In this document: piece after piece, positions 36,101-43,017 of the stretch
How positions within the stretch are numbered: position 1 is the stretch's first letter
How the letters are laid out: each line of letters opens with the position of its first letter
Source of the DNA: an uncultured beta proteobacterium
GTDB lineage: Bacteria; Pseudomonadota; Gammaproteobacteria; Burkholderiales; Gallionellaceae
Length of the DNA stretch: 64,000 nt
Assembly (NCBI GenBank): GCA_963733265.1
Contig: CAVTCF010000006.1
Coordinates: 57,269-121,268, forward strand
Direction of reading: 5' to 3'
The notes under the pieces: model-generated
Told to the model about the DNA's origin: nothing
The model's database searches: none
Seen by the model: only the letters and a program-made list of their open reading frames with translations
Translations under genes and position numbers: made by a program

Positions 36101-36445
36101 TTTAACCGCCCCATGTATTTGTACCACAATTGGCCGAACGTATTAGATCGCGCCTCAGCTATCAGTGCTGCATTTGACTATTGCGGTATGGACACCGACC
36201 TACGCAGCATGGATAAGCGTGACGCGCTGCATGCCCGTCTTTTGGAAATCGAAACCGATGACGGTCATCTGACAAAAATATGGCTGGATCAAGGATTCTC
36301 ATATTGGCAAGCACAGTCGCCATATCGGCAGAATTTGCGATTCCCATTTGCCGGTGAACCAAACGAACAGGGGCAGACGATTGCAAAGTCTAGTGTGGAC
36401 TTGGCAGGGCAAGCTTTTCCAACGTATTTGTTTGTTGAGCGATGA
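30155..36445 (+). CDS. druE: giant DEAH-box SF2 helicase with MrfA/DUF1998 zinc-binding domain (DruE-like, Druantia)
   Basis: TSGTGSGKTECF (motif I), VLDEAHTY (motif II), QRAGRAGRR (motif VI). Several Cys4 ribbons are present, plus CSANCEGACQHCLLHFDTRF (DUF1998-type cluster). At 2096 aa the size is typical of DruE. Confidence 0.7.
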   Translation: MKKQYFSSLLPELSTRAARATVSRLGFSSPELRAYLSELFSRGFGEPGSYLGDPVFEATFGWEPADQTMTSLSPALLSPSLIGAMDKPMGSEASDYRFPRDIAPYKHQLEAWEWLTREQPQSVVVTSGTGSGKTECFMVPILNSLVREHEVSRAKLVGVRALFLYPLNALIQSQRERLHAWTGAFGDAVRFCLYNGLTPQKEPQHVRDKTPNQVIDREALRAAPPPMLVTNATMLEYMLVRAQDAPILDASQGKLQWIVLDEAHTYIGSQAAELALLLRRVLHAFGVSSNQVRFVATSATIGDPHGEAGQQLRAFLAGLAGVDEDRVHVVTGQRKIPDLLAGSAQYQNAPLEELEDILLEGGERYNALCANRTARRIRQMFVPGAEGKPANSFSDIAPAILGNDWRQQPNATEITLRWLDLLTSAKSAGKNEQPFLPLRLHAFHNVLAGLWACCDSTCACKSGTALDSPEWHYGKIYTEERRHCECGSPVFELRSCNDCNTTFLWAQRIGPDRDGKYHLWQVQEDSDDEFSLDVEVPEDDLGGDEQDGTEISAIASQKKPVLIANGYAIGTGEALIERISLVFDPPEISDAIRLRLKDEQDGMMVCPDCGGHHGNGKLMFRKAILGAPFLLSEIIPTLLEYCPDIEGKGISPLERPLRGRRMITFTDSRQGTARIAAKLQQDSERNRVRGLIYQHVAQKTQAGGNLEVAALQQEIATLKMVNNSALSKLILEKENKLAAHQPKPITFNNAADYLSSVEADTKDWIHQYYSDLDPAEFSGATGKEKLARILVMREFARRPKRANSLETMGLVAVRYPKLESVTQLPKFPDGTARLTLPEWQDFLKIALDFHVRENTFVNLPDSWRKWGGQRLSGKKLLPPESKEKQSNQIKKWPQCNPAGMQNRLVRLLGYVLKLDPASAHGRDALDGILRCAWDDLTRVGLLQVASTGRYLALEDMAFAPISKGWVCPVTRRVLDVTLKGVTPYLPRTEPTDKVAICRPIELPKCFLLDKDFPSADERLNGIRQWLTDDATVVSLRGEGLWSDLSDRIVEGGGYFRAVEHSAQQPGSRLQQYENDFKSGRINLLSCSTTMEMGVDIGGITVVAMNNVPPHPANYLQRAGRAGRRSETRSVALTVCKNNPHDQYVFANTRWAFETQLPAPSIKLESAIIVQRHINSMLLANFLRTQLANNGDLVKLNMEWWMLPKDEARSDRFIAWAKCFDEKQSGNLTTGLRSLLRYTCFDGIVSLHGLIAESAKMLVAFRTKWFDEFDAVELQINQFQGASKEKDPAYKALQIQKRRLTDEYLLRELAAGGFLPGYGFPTDISSFETLTLDEIKRNETRKKDERVDNLMRRRELPSRDTVTALREYAPGAEVVIDGLVYRSAGITLNWHVPASVQAVSEIQNIREAWRCRSCGSSGTTGMANQLTQCLDCGAALPPVPDCRFTYLEPAGFSVDLYESPHNDVSTQTFVPVEAPWINANGEWLPMTNPQLGAYRASPIGTVFNHSAGTNGLGYAICLACGRAEPMISASDDGEVEQGGVALPKIFQAPHRRLRGAQGGETALCEGSSFSIKPGMRLGHEATTDVLELMLYDLDGRPLSDRRVAFSLAVAIRSAIAALLGVEVSELGCDTKEIRMNREIGQAIVLFDRNASGYCSSVSDRLRDVLFKAKGILSCSANCEGACQHCLLHFDTRFRMDDLNRHAALEFLTDRWLDEFQLRNEDAQFGRGTHAEFQTLPEAITRELVRPGVEELRLYLAGNPSEWDIAASPLRGWVQKWASSASAIKVVLSPDTVNAMSQADRFVLSILSNLNGVSVWTGEAPPCQAGGQTVAEIIATDRDPWAWAYRSSNAACPNAQWAMGTDLLVRGQPQTNGNLLQQISIVSSAPADMKGKVHRFEIRSELDGVSEGFGRRLLAKLEDDLGADLIRGKGEIIRVTYHDRYLNAPLPAALLLDFISALKMAHKDRWSVQSIELVVAPFQEDKGGFNRPMYLYHNWPNVLDRASAISAAFDYCGMDTDLRSMDKRDALHARLLEIETDDGHLTKIWLDQGFSYWQAQSPYRQNLRFPFAGEPNEQGQTIAKSSVDLAGQAFPTYLFVER

Positions 36446-36741
36446 CTGTTTAGAACTTGTTAGAAGGCTAAACTGAAGAGGCGTCTCCGAACACAATGTA
36501 CTTCTGAAAGAGGTTGTTTGCTTTGTATGGCGAGTGTCTCTTATCAGGAGACGAATTCAGATGATCGTATGTCGCTTCAGGGTTACGTGGCGACGAAGAG
36601 CAAAAAGAGTAAGATACGTCCGGTGTAAAATACAGAGCGGACATGGCTGTTAGTAAAGGCAATCAGGCAAATGTCGGCCAACTAGGGTCATTCGACTATG
36701 GCTGCTATGCGGCGCTCTATTTGAGACTAGATTAGCGTGCT

Positions 36742-37738
36742 TGTATGACAGTTTTATTGTCACACGTGCCTGTCAGGCTGCTCCTTTTTTGGTCGGGGGC
36801 GGACATGGTGTGGTTGCTGTTGTGGTGGATCGTTGTTCGGATCAAGGCGTGGTTCTCGCATGTATCCCGGCACAAGAGCGGCAATCGGATTCACGGTTTT
36901 AAACCGGTGATTCGGACACAAGCCAAACCGGCTTGGGTGATTCTGGAAATCATCCGCCTCAAAGCCTTGATGCCCGATGCCGGTTGCCGCACGCTCGCCA
37001 ATATCTTCAACCGGCGTTATACCGCCAGCCGCAAGATGAGTGTGGGTAAATCATTCGTGGCGGACACGCTGCGGCAACATCGGTACGAAATCGAAGTCAT
37101 GCGGCGCAAGATCAAACATCGCGTGCCGCAGGCCATGCCGCGCAATCTTGTGTGGGCGATGGACTTGACGGGCAAGGCGGATGCGGCGGGAAACATGCAC
37201 ATGATCTTCGGTCTCATCGATCATGGCAGCCGTGCCTTGCTGAACTTGACGGCATTGCCCGACAAATGCTCGTGGACTTTGCTCGGACACCTGTTTCTTT
37301 CCATCGGGAAATACGGCAAGCCGCGCGCCGTGCGAACGGATAATGAAGCGTGTTTTACCAGCCGGGTATTCCGCGCTGTGCTGATGCTGGCAGGCATACG
37401 CCATCAACGTAGCGAGTTGCACTGTCCTTGGCAGAACGGGCGCATCGAGCGGCTGTTCGGCACGCTTAAACAAAAGCTGGATCAGTGGGAAGTCGCGGGT
37501 TTTGAGGCGTTGAATGGTACGTTGCTCGAATTTCGTTTCTTCTACAATTTTGTGCGTCCGCACCAGAACCTGAATGGCTGGACACCTGCAGAAGCTTGGA
37601 CGGGCGTGAATCCTTTTACTGCAAAGATCAAAAGCGCATATTGGTTCGAGGCGTGGGATGGGTTGTTGCAAGGCTATTATTTGCGGCGCTGAAGCGACGC
37701 GCAGAAAAATTAATGGACGGACAATAAAACTGTCCGGG
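36742..37738 (+). mobile_element. small rve-type IS (IS481-like), boundaries approximate
   Basis: 15-bp inverted repeats: GACAGTTTTATTGTC at 36747-36761 and its reverse complement at 37720-37734. They flank a single DDE ORF. Confidence 0.55.
36745..37692 (+). CDS. DDE (rve/integrase core) transposase
   Basis: WAMDLTG (D), RTDNEACF (D), WQNGRIERLF (E), RPHQNLNGWTP. Confidence 0.8.
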   Translation: MTVLLSHVPVRLLLFWSGADMVWLLLWWIVVRIKAWFSHVSRHKSGNRIHGFKPVIRTQAKPAWVILEIIRLKALMPDAGCRTLANIFNRRYTASRKMSVGKSFVADTLRQHRYEIEVMRRKIKHRVPQAMPRNLVWAMDLTGKADAAGNMHMIFGLIDHGSRALLNLTALPDKCSWTLLGHLFLSIGKYGKPRAVRTDNEACFTSRVFRAVLMLAGIRHQRSELHCPWQNGRIERLFGTLKQKLDQWEVAGFEALNGTLLEFRFFYNFVRPHQNLNGWTPAEAWTGVNPFTAKIKSAYWFEAWDGLLQGYYLRR

Positions 37739-38023
37739 GTGGCGTTCGACCAATGCTCTACCAGTGGCAAAAATCGCTTCGGGTTGCTGACTCAATGATA
37801 AAAATATGAAGGAGAAAAGTCGGTTCGATGAAGTGGCGTTGACAGGGAAATTACGGGAAGGTTAAAGACGAAGAAAATTCGGTGTGCCGGAATTCAAAAT
37901 TGCTTGGAGGACAGGCGGACGGGACACATCAATCGCGCAGGTGCGGTTGTTGTCGGCATCAAAAACAAAAGTTGAAACATAACCGTGGGGATCGATGAGG
38001 CTGAGTGGCTGTGATAACTTCAT

Positions 38024-38332
38024 TTATAGGAATGTGTAAGAATTTGAAACCTCAATTTTCGACACAAGCCCTGACTTGTTTAGATAAATAAACACAAGGA
38101 CAGATTTATCAAAAGCACAATTCTCTCCCCTGATATTTGACTGGTATCGTTGTTGATATTCGTCGTAACTAAATTCAATTCCACGGCTTTTCAGCACAAG
38201 CTCGGCTTTTTCACGAGAATCGCCGACATGCAGGTCTTTGTGCAGTTCGGCGCTAATCTTTTCTTTGTCCAAATCTGCGCAGCATGAACTAAGTGACACA
38301 ACGGCCAATACCACCCAAAGAAGTTTCATCAT
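38024..38332 (-). CDS. small lipoprotein, candidate immunity protein for the Rhs C-terminal toxin
   Basis: MMKLLWVVLAVVSLSSC carries a lipobox. The start overlaps the Rhs stop by 4 nt and the gene sits directly downstream of the toxin tail. Confidence 0.55.
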   Translation of the reverse strand: MMKLLWVVLAVVSLSSCCADLDKEKISAELHKDLHVGDSREKAELVLKSRGIEFSYDEYQQRYQSNIRGENCAFDKSVLVFIYLNKSGLVSKIEVSNSYTFL

Positions 38333-41300
38333 TGTGGCTTCGAATAAACCGACTGCACTTGATTTGTATTTGGCTTGTTCGGGTAAAGCAAAAATCCGCC
38401 CGCTGCCGAGTCTGCCGCCGAGGAGCTATTCCAACCACCTGATACAGCTCCGCCCAAAGAGCCTGTTGCTCCACTTGTATTGACAAGTGGCGAAGGGCTG
38501 TAATTCAGATTCGGTGATGGCTGTCCCATATCAGCACCCGGTGCAATAACTATCGGCGCCGGACGTGTTCCAGTCAAACTCTGTACAAAACTTGATGCAT
38601 AGGAATTGCTGTTTGGGCCTAAAGGCCAATATGGGATTTGGTTTTGATTGGTGACGTTTGCAAAATTTACAGCATCCTTAACACTAATGCTGAAATCTTG
38701 TTGGATTACACCCACATTTTGCGTCGTATATACGCTACTTGGTGTATCTTTAAAGGTTGCATCATAAGGTCCGCTAACAGCCGTAATCGAGCCAGCACCC
38801 AACCCCCCGCACAGGACGCATCCTGGTTGCGGTCCAGCCCGCGTTGCGTACTGTTGCCCGGTTACTGTGTCGGTAAGTATAACGACCTGATGGCTTAATC
38901 CAGGTGCAATTGTATGTGTGTAGCCAATTGTAATTTGTGTATCTAGTCCACTCGGATCGTTCCCATTTATGGGATTTGATTCGGCATATGCATAGAAGTT
39001 GACCCCAGCCTTAAACTTCATTCTGTCCTCGCTGATAAACCGACCTGTAACCGGATCATAATACCTAGCCCGTAAATAATACAACCCCGTCCCATCATTC
39101 TCCCTTCCAGTGAATTCCATCCTGTTAACCGCCGTTCCCGTCGTAGCCTGAGTCTCCCCAAACGCCCAATACGCCATGCTCGCCTGTGTGCCGCCGTTAA
39201 CATCCGTTTCCGCCTGCACGCTCATCACATGATCATGCTGGAACAGGTAAGGTACAAGAGTCCCGCTCTGGCTCACAAAACCCGCCACCAGTTCGTCAAT
39301 GGTGCTGCCCCTGAAGTATTTCTCAGTCAGCACGCCGCTTTGTTCCACCGATTCCAGATGCTCGCCTTCAAGGAAGTAGTTGGTGGTACCCAGAACTCCG
39401 CCCACTCTGCCGATGCGGTAATCCATCGGGTCGTATTGGTAGGTCTCTGTCATTCCGTTGCTCAACGTAGCCAGACGACCCTTCGCATCCCAAGTGTTGG
39501 CTCTCGATAAGCTGCCGCCCTGGCTGCTGAGCCTGCCTTCGTTGTCAAAGATAAAGCTGGAATCCAGTGTACCGGTGAGACTACCGAGGTGTATTTCTTT
39601 GAGGCGATTGTTATAGGTCGGCGTATAGGCGGTGATGCTGCCGGTTTGGGTGGCCGGATTATAGATATAGTATTTGGTAGTGCTGCCGGCAGCACCTATC
39701 GTGAGTCCGCCGCGTGTGGCGGTGAGCCTGTTGCCGATGTGATCGTAAGTAAATGCCTCATCATTCGCCACTGCGGGCGCACTCACCACCGTCAGGCGAT
39801 ACAGCGCATCCGGCGTATAGCTCGTGGTGCCGGGATTGGGGCCAGTCGCCACTGTCAGGCCAGTGATGTTGCCGACGCGATCCCGCGTATAGCTTTGCCC
39901 CACCACCGGCGTGCCCGTGGCATCAAAGTGGTTCATGGTCTGCAACCAGCCGCCATTATCGTAGGTGTAAAGGCTGAGTGCACCGCTGCTCATCGTTCTC
40001 GATAGCAAGCGTCCGGCATTGTCATATTGGTAGTTGACGGTGAGATAGTCCGGGTTGGACAGTGCCACCAAGGTTCCCGCACCGTCGTAGGTGTAACTGG
40101 TGGTGCTGCCCTGATAGGTTTTTTTGGTTTGAATGCGGCTGGACTTGTCCCAGGTGAAACCGAGACTGTGGGCACGGCTGTCGGTTTTGCTGGTGAGGCG
40201 ATTCAGGTTGTCGTAAACCATCGAATAGCCGATGGTGTTGTTGGCGACGTAATTCAGGTTTCCCTCGGGGTCGTAGGTCATCGCTTCGCTGCTGCCATCC
40301 TTCAAATAGCTGACATTGGTCGGGCGGTTGAGGATATCAAAAGTGGTGTTGGTGATTTCAGTCAGGCGGTTGGTTTTTTGATAAGCGTTTCCGGCTTGGT
40401 CGAGGGCGTACTTGGTAACAAAGCCGGTGAAGTCGATTTCCGTTGCGGGGCGCCCCAAGCCGTCATACGTCCACGCATATTTGCGCCCTTCGGCATCCAC
40501 CTGAGTGAGCGGATGTCCGAGCAAGTCATAGGTGGTTGCCGTCGTGCCATTCAAGGCATCGCGCACCAGTACCGGGCGGTTGAGTTCATCGAACTGGCTG
40601 CTGACCGAGCAGCTGTCCGTATTCTTGGGTTGTAGCGCAGCGCTGGCATTCGCATCAATGGCGCAAATACGGTTGCCATCGGCATCAAATTTAAAGGAGG
40701 AAACATAGCCGTGCGGATCGGTGACGGTCAGAGGCTGGCCTATCGCATCAAAGGTTGTGATGGTTGTTTCCTTGTTGCCGTTAGTGACGCTGACGGGATG
40801 CCCCGCCAAATCGTAAGCGGTGATGACCGTGCGGCCATTGGCATCGGTCACCGAGGTACGGCGGTTCATGCTGTCGTATTGGTATTGGAGGGTATGTTTT
40901 TCCGGGTCGGTGACGCTGACGACATTTCCCGCGTTATCGTAAGAATAAGTGGTGACGCCATTCATGGCATCGGTCTCGGTCAGCACGCGGTCGGCCGCAT
41001 CGAAGGTGCGTGTGACTATTACGCGAATGTCAAACCCAGTAGCCTTCTTGTACTGGTTGGTCACCTGCCAAAGCTGCCCATTGGCATCAAAACTGTTGGT
41101 GGAAAGATTGCCTGCGGGGTCTTGCACCTGAATAGCGCGATCCAGCGCATCCCAGGTGGTCGTGGTGGTGAGATTAATCAGGGTGGCATCGGTCGGGGTG
41201 TTGCGGCGTGGCAGCGTTTCGGTCAGCTTGCGTCCGAGATTGTCATAGGTATAAGTCTTGGTAACAGCCGTGCCATCCCAGCCTGTCACGGTCTGGTTTT

Positions 41301-43017
41301 GCACGTTGAGATGGGCGGCAGTGTCGTAGGTATAGCTCGTGATGCGTGTTTTGGTGGTATCGGTCGGACTCAAATAATCGGTTTGCGATGCCAGTGTTGC
41401 GTCGCTATTCCAGCAGTAACTTTTGAGCAGAACGTTCGATACGCCGGACAGGGTTGAAATGGTGACGGTGTTGGGCTTACCCGCCGCAACACAAGTTCCT
41501 GTGCCGGTATAAAAAGTGGTGGTGAGCACCGTACCGCGCTTGTCTTTGACGGTAGCCACCTGATCGTAAATGCCGTAGGTAGTATCAACGGTCTGGCCCA
41601 GCGCATCCTGCTCGCGCGTGACATTTCCGAAGGTGTCCGAGGCGGTGTTAAACGTTTTATCGCTCTTGTAGCTGTACTGGGTCAGATAACCCAAGCCATC
41701 TGTTTTGCTGTAACGCAAGCCATCCGCCTGATTGAGGAACATCAGGATGGCACCGTCCGGTTCCGTCAATTTGGTCATGCGCCCCGAACTGTCGTATTCA
41801 TAATCGCGAATGCCGCCACGGGGATCGGTCACTTGCGTGCTCTTGCGGTATAAATCGTAGTCCAGCGTTTCGGTATTGTTCAGTGCATCATGATCGTTGA
41901 AAGCGCGACCGTTCTGATAATAGGTAAAGGTGGTCTGAACACCGCGCAGAGGTTTGGCGACAGTAATCAGGTTGTGCGTACCCGTGGTGTAACCGTAGCT
42001 GAGCGTCTGAGTTAAGGGATTCGTATAGGAAACCAGATTGCCATTTCCGCTTGTCCCAGTGACGCTGTATTGCCAGAAGCGTCCCGACCAATCGGCGATT
42101 TGGCTCAGGTGATTGTTGATATCATAAGTAAAGACAAGACCCGTGCGACCGGAGATGCCCAGATTGTCCGCGACGGTGGCAATACGTCCGTTAGCGTTAT
42201 AGGTAAAGTTCAGTTGATTACCCCAAGGGTCGGCAATCTGGATTAACTGTGCAGTGATGCCGGGCGTGGTTTTGAGCGTTCCCGTGGGAGATTGAAATAT
42301 ATATTTGGTGCCGTTTCTGAATGTGAGGGTATGTTGCCCTGCAACTGGCGTATCGAACGCGAGGTTGTCGAATTCGCCTTGTGGAGTTGTGATCGCGTAT
42401 GTGGTTTCGTTGACCAGATAGTTGTGATCTCCACCACGCTCGTCGGTATAGGTAATAGAGCTGGTCTTGCCGTTACCATTTTCCGGTGCCTGTGCCGGAG
42501 TGCAGTTGGGGCAGACACCATAATCGTTGGCTTTGAGACGCATACCGTAGCTGTGTACCCAGCCATTCCCCAAACCCAGATCATTGGCGGTAGCCGATGG
42601 CGCACTGTTATAGGTGCGAGTAAAAGCATAGTTCAATCCTGCGCGCCCCTTGATGACGAAATCGGTTTCGTCATGAAAGTTATTTCCGGTGACGGTAGAC
42701 ACCGGGTCTGTAGTAGACGGTGTTTTAACGATATTGTTATTGGCCTCGGCGATGGTGTTGGCGTTGGTCAGCGTCGCGTTGTTAAAGGTGGGGACGGCTG
42801 AGACAGGTGATGCCACCCCCGGAATCACCACCGAAGTGGATTGCTGAAGCAATGTGCCATTGGGCGGAACGTAGCCACCGGCTAGTGCAAGGCTAGGCAT
42901 GAGCACGATCGCAGATATGGACAATGCTTGCTTGAACTGTTTGAGAAGCTTACGTGTCGGCTGGCGCATGATGGTCACTTTTCGGTTCACTTTGAGAGAG
43001 GTCGGGCTCATGGGCAC
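38329..43017 (-). CDS. Rhs/YD-repeat toxin with Sec signal peptide and divergent C-terminal domain
   Basis: Dozens of YD repeats (..YDxxGN..). The RHS core end reads ..YYLRARYYDPVTGRFISEDRM...NPINGNDPSGL and is followed by a 204-aa tail. An alternative start is MRQPTRK at 42969. Confidence 0.9.
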   Translation of the reverse strand: MPMSPTSLKVNRKVTIMRQPTRKLLKQFKQALSISAIVLMPSLALAGGYVPPNGTLLQQSTSVVIPGVASPVSAVPTFNNATLTNANTIAEANNNIVKTPSTTDPVSTVTGNNFHDETDFVIKGRAGLNYAFTRTYNSAPSATANDLGLGNGWVHSYGMRLKANDYGVCPNCTPAQAPENGNGKTSSITYTDERGGDHNYLVNETTYAITTPQGEFDNLAFDTPVAGQHTLTFRNGTKYIFQSPTGTLKTTPGITAQLIQIADPWGNQLNFTYNANGRIATVADNLGISGRTGLVFTYDINNHLSQIADWSGRFWQYSVTGTSGNGNLVSYTNPLTQTLSYGYTTGTHNLITVAKPLRGVQTTFTYYQNGRAFNDHDALNNTETLDYDLYRKSTQVTDPRGGIRDYEYDSSGRMTKLTEPDGAILMFLNQADGLRYSKTDGLGYLTQYSYKSDKTFNTASDTFGNVTREQDALGQTVDTTYGIYDQVATVKDKRGTVLTTTFYTGTGTCVAAGKPNTVTISTLSGVSNVLLKSYCWNSDATLASQTDYLSPTDTTKTRITSYTYDTAAHLNVQNQTVTGWDGTAVTKTYTYDNLGRKLTETLPRRNTPTDATLINLTTTTTWDALDRAIQVQDPAGNLSTNSFDANGQLWQVTNQYKKATGFDIRVIVTRTFDAADRVLTETDAMNGVTTYSYDNAGNVVSVTDPEKHTLQYQYDSMNRRTSVTDANGRTVITAYDLAGHPVSVTNGNKETTITTFDAIGQPLTVTDPHGYVSSFKFDADGNRICAIDANASAALQPKNTDSCSVSSQFDELNRPVLVRDALNGTTATTYDLLGHPLTQVDAEGRKYAWTYDGLGRPATEIDFTGFVTKYALDQAGNAYQKTNRLTEITNTTFDILNRPTNVSYLKDGSSEAMTYDPEGNLNYVANNTIGYSMVYDNLNRLTSKTDSRAHSLGFTWDKSSRIQTKKTYQGSTTSYTYDGAGTLVALSNPDYLTVNYQYDNAGRLLSRTMSSGALSLYTYDNGGWLQTMNHFDATGTPVVGQSYTRDRVGNITGLTVATGPNPGTTSYTPDALYRLTVVSAPAVANDEAFTYDHIGNRLTATRGGLTIGAAGSTTKYYIYNPATQTGSITAYTPTYNNRLKEIHLGSLTGTLDSSFIFDNEGRLSSQGGSLSRANTWDAKGRLATLSNGMTETYQYDPMDYRIGRVGGVLGTTNYFLEGEHLESVEQSGVLTEKYFRGSTIDELVAGFVSQSGTLVPYLFQHDHVMSVQAETDVNGGTQASMAYWAFGETQATTGTAVNRMEFTGRENDGTGLYYLRARYYDPVTGRFISEDRMKFKAGVNFYAYAESNPINGNDPSGLDTQITIGYTHTIAPGLSHQVVILTDTVTGQQYATRAGPQPGCVLCGGLGAGSITAVSGPYDATFKDTPSSVYTTQNVGVIQQDFSISVKDAVNFANVTNQNQIPYWPLGPNSNSYASSFVQSLTGTRPAPIVIAPGADMGQPSPNLNYSPSPLVNTSGATGSLGGAVSGGWNSSSAADSAAGGFLLYPNKPNTNQVQSVYSKPQ

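Noticed and set aside
10552-36705. Shared motif TTCGACTATGGC(C/T)GC at 10552-10566 and 36691-36705, considered as an IS110 target site (filled versus empty).
   Set aside because: Similarity continues about 10 nt beyond the putative IS110 junction on the element side, which is inconsistent with a simple filled/empty pair. It may be a dispersed repeat or a relic of another IS copy, and I cannot resolve this without the whole genome.
16021-41457. Many 100-290-aa antisense or alternative-frame ORFs inside the big genes. Examples: 17169..17975, 19245..19853, 23878..24534, 24625..25500, 27382..28047, 31116..31751, 33779..34324, 37051..37770, 40027..40635, 40711..41457.
   Set aside because: All lie wholly within much longer ORFs that carry clear family motifs. 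They have skewed low-complexity composition and no ribosome-binding context, so they are shadow ORFs.
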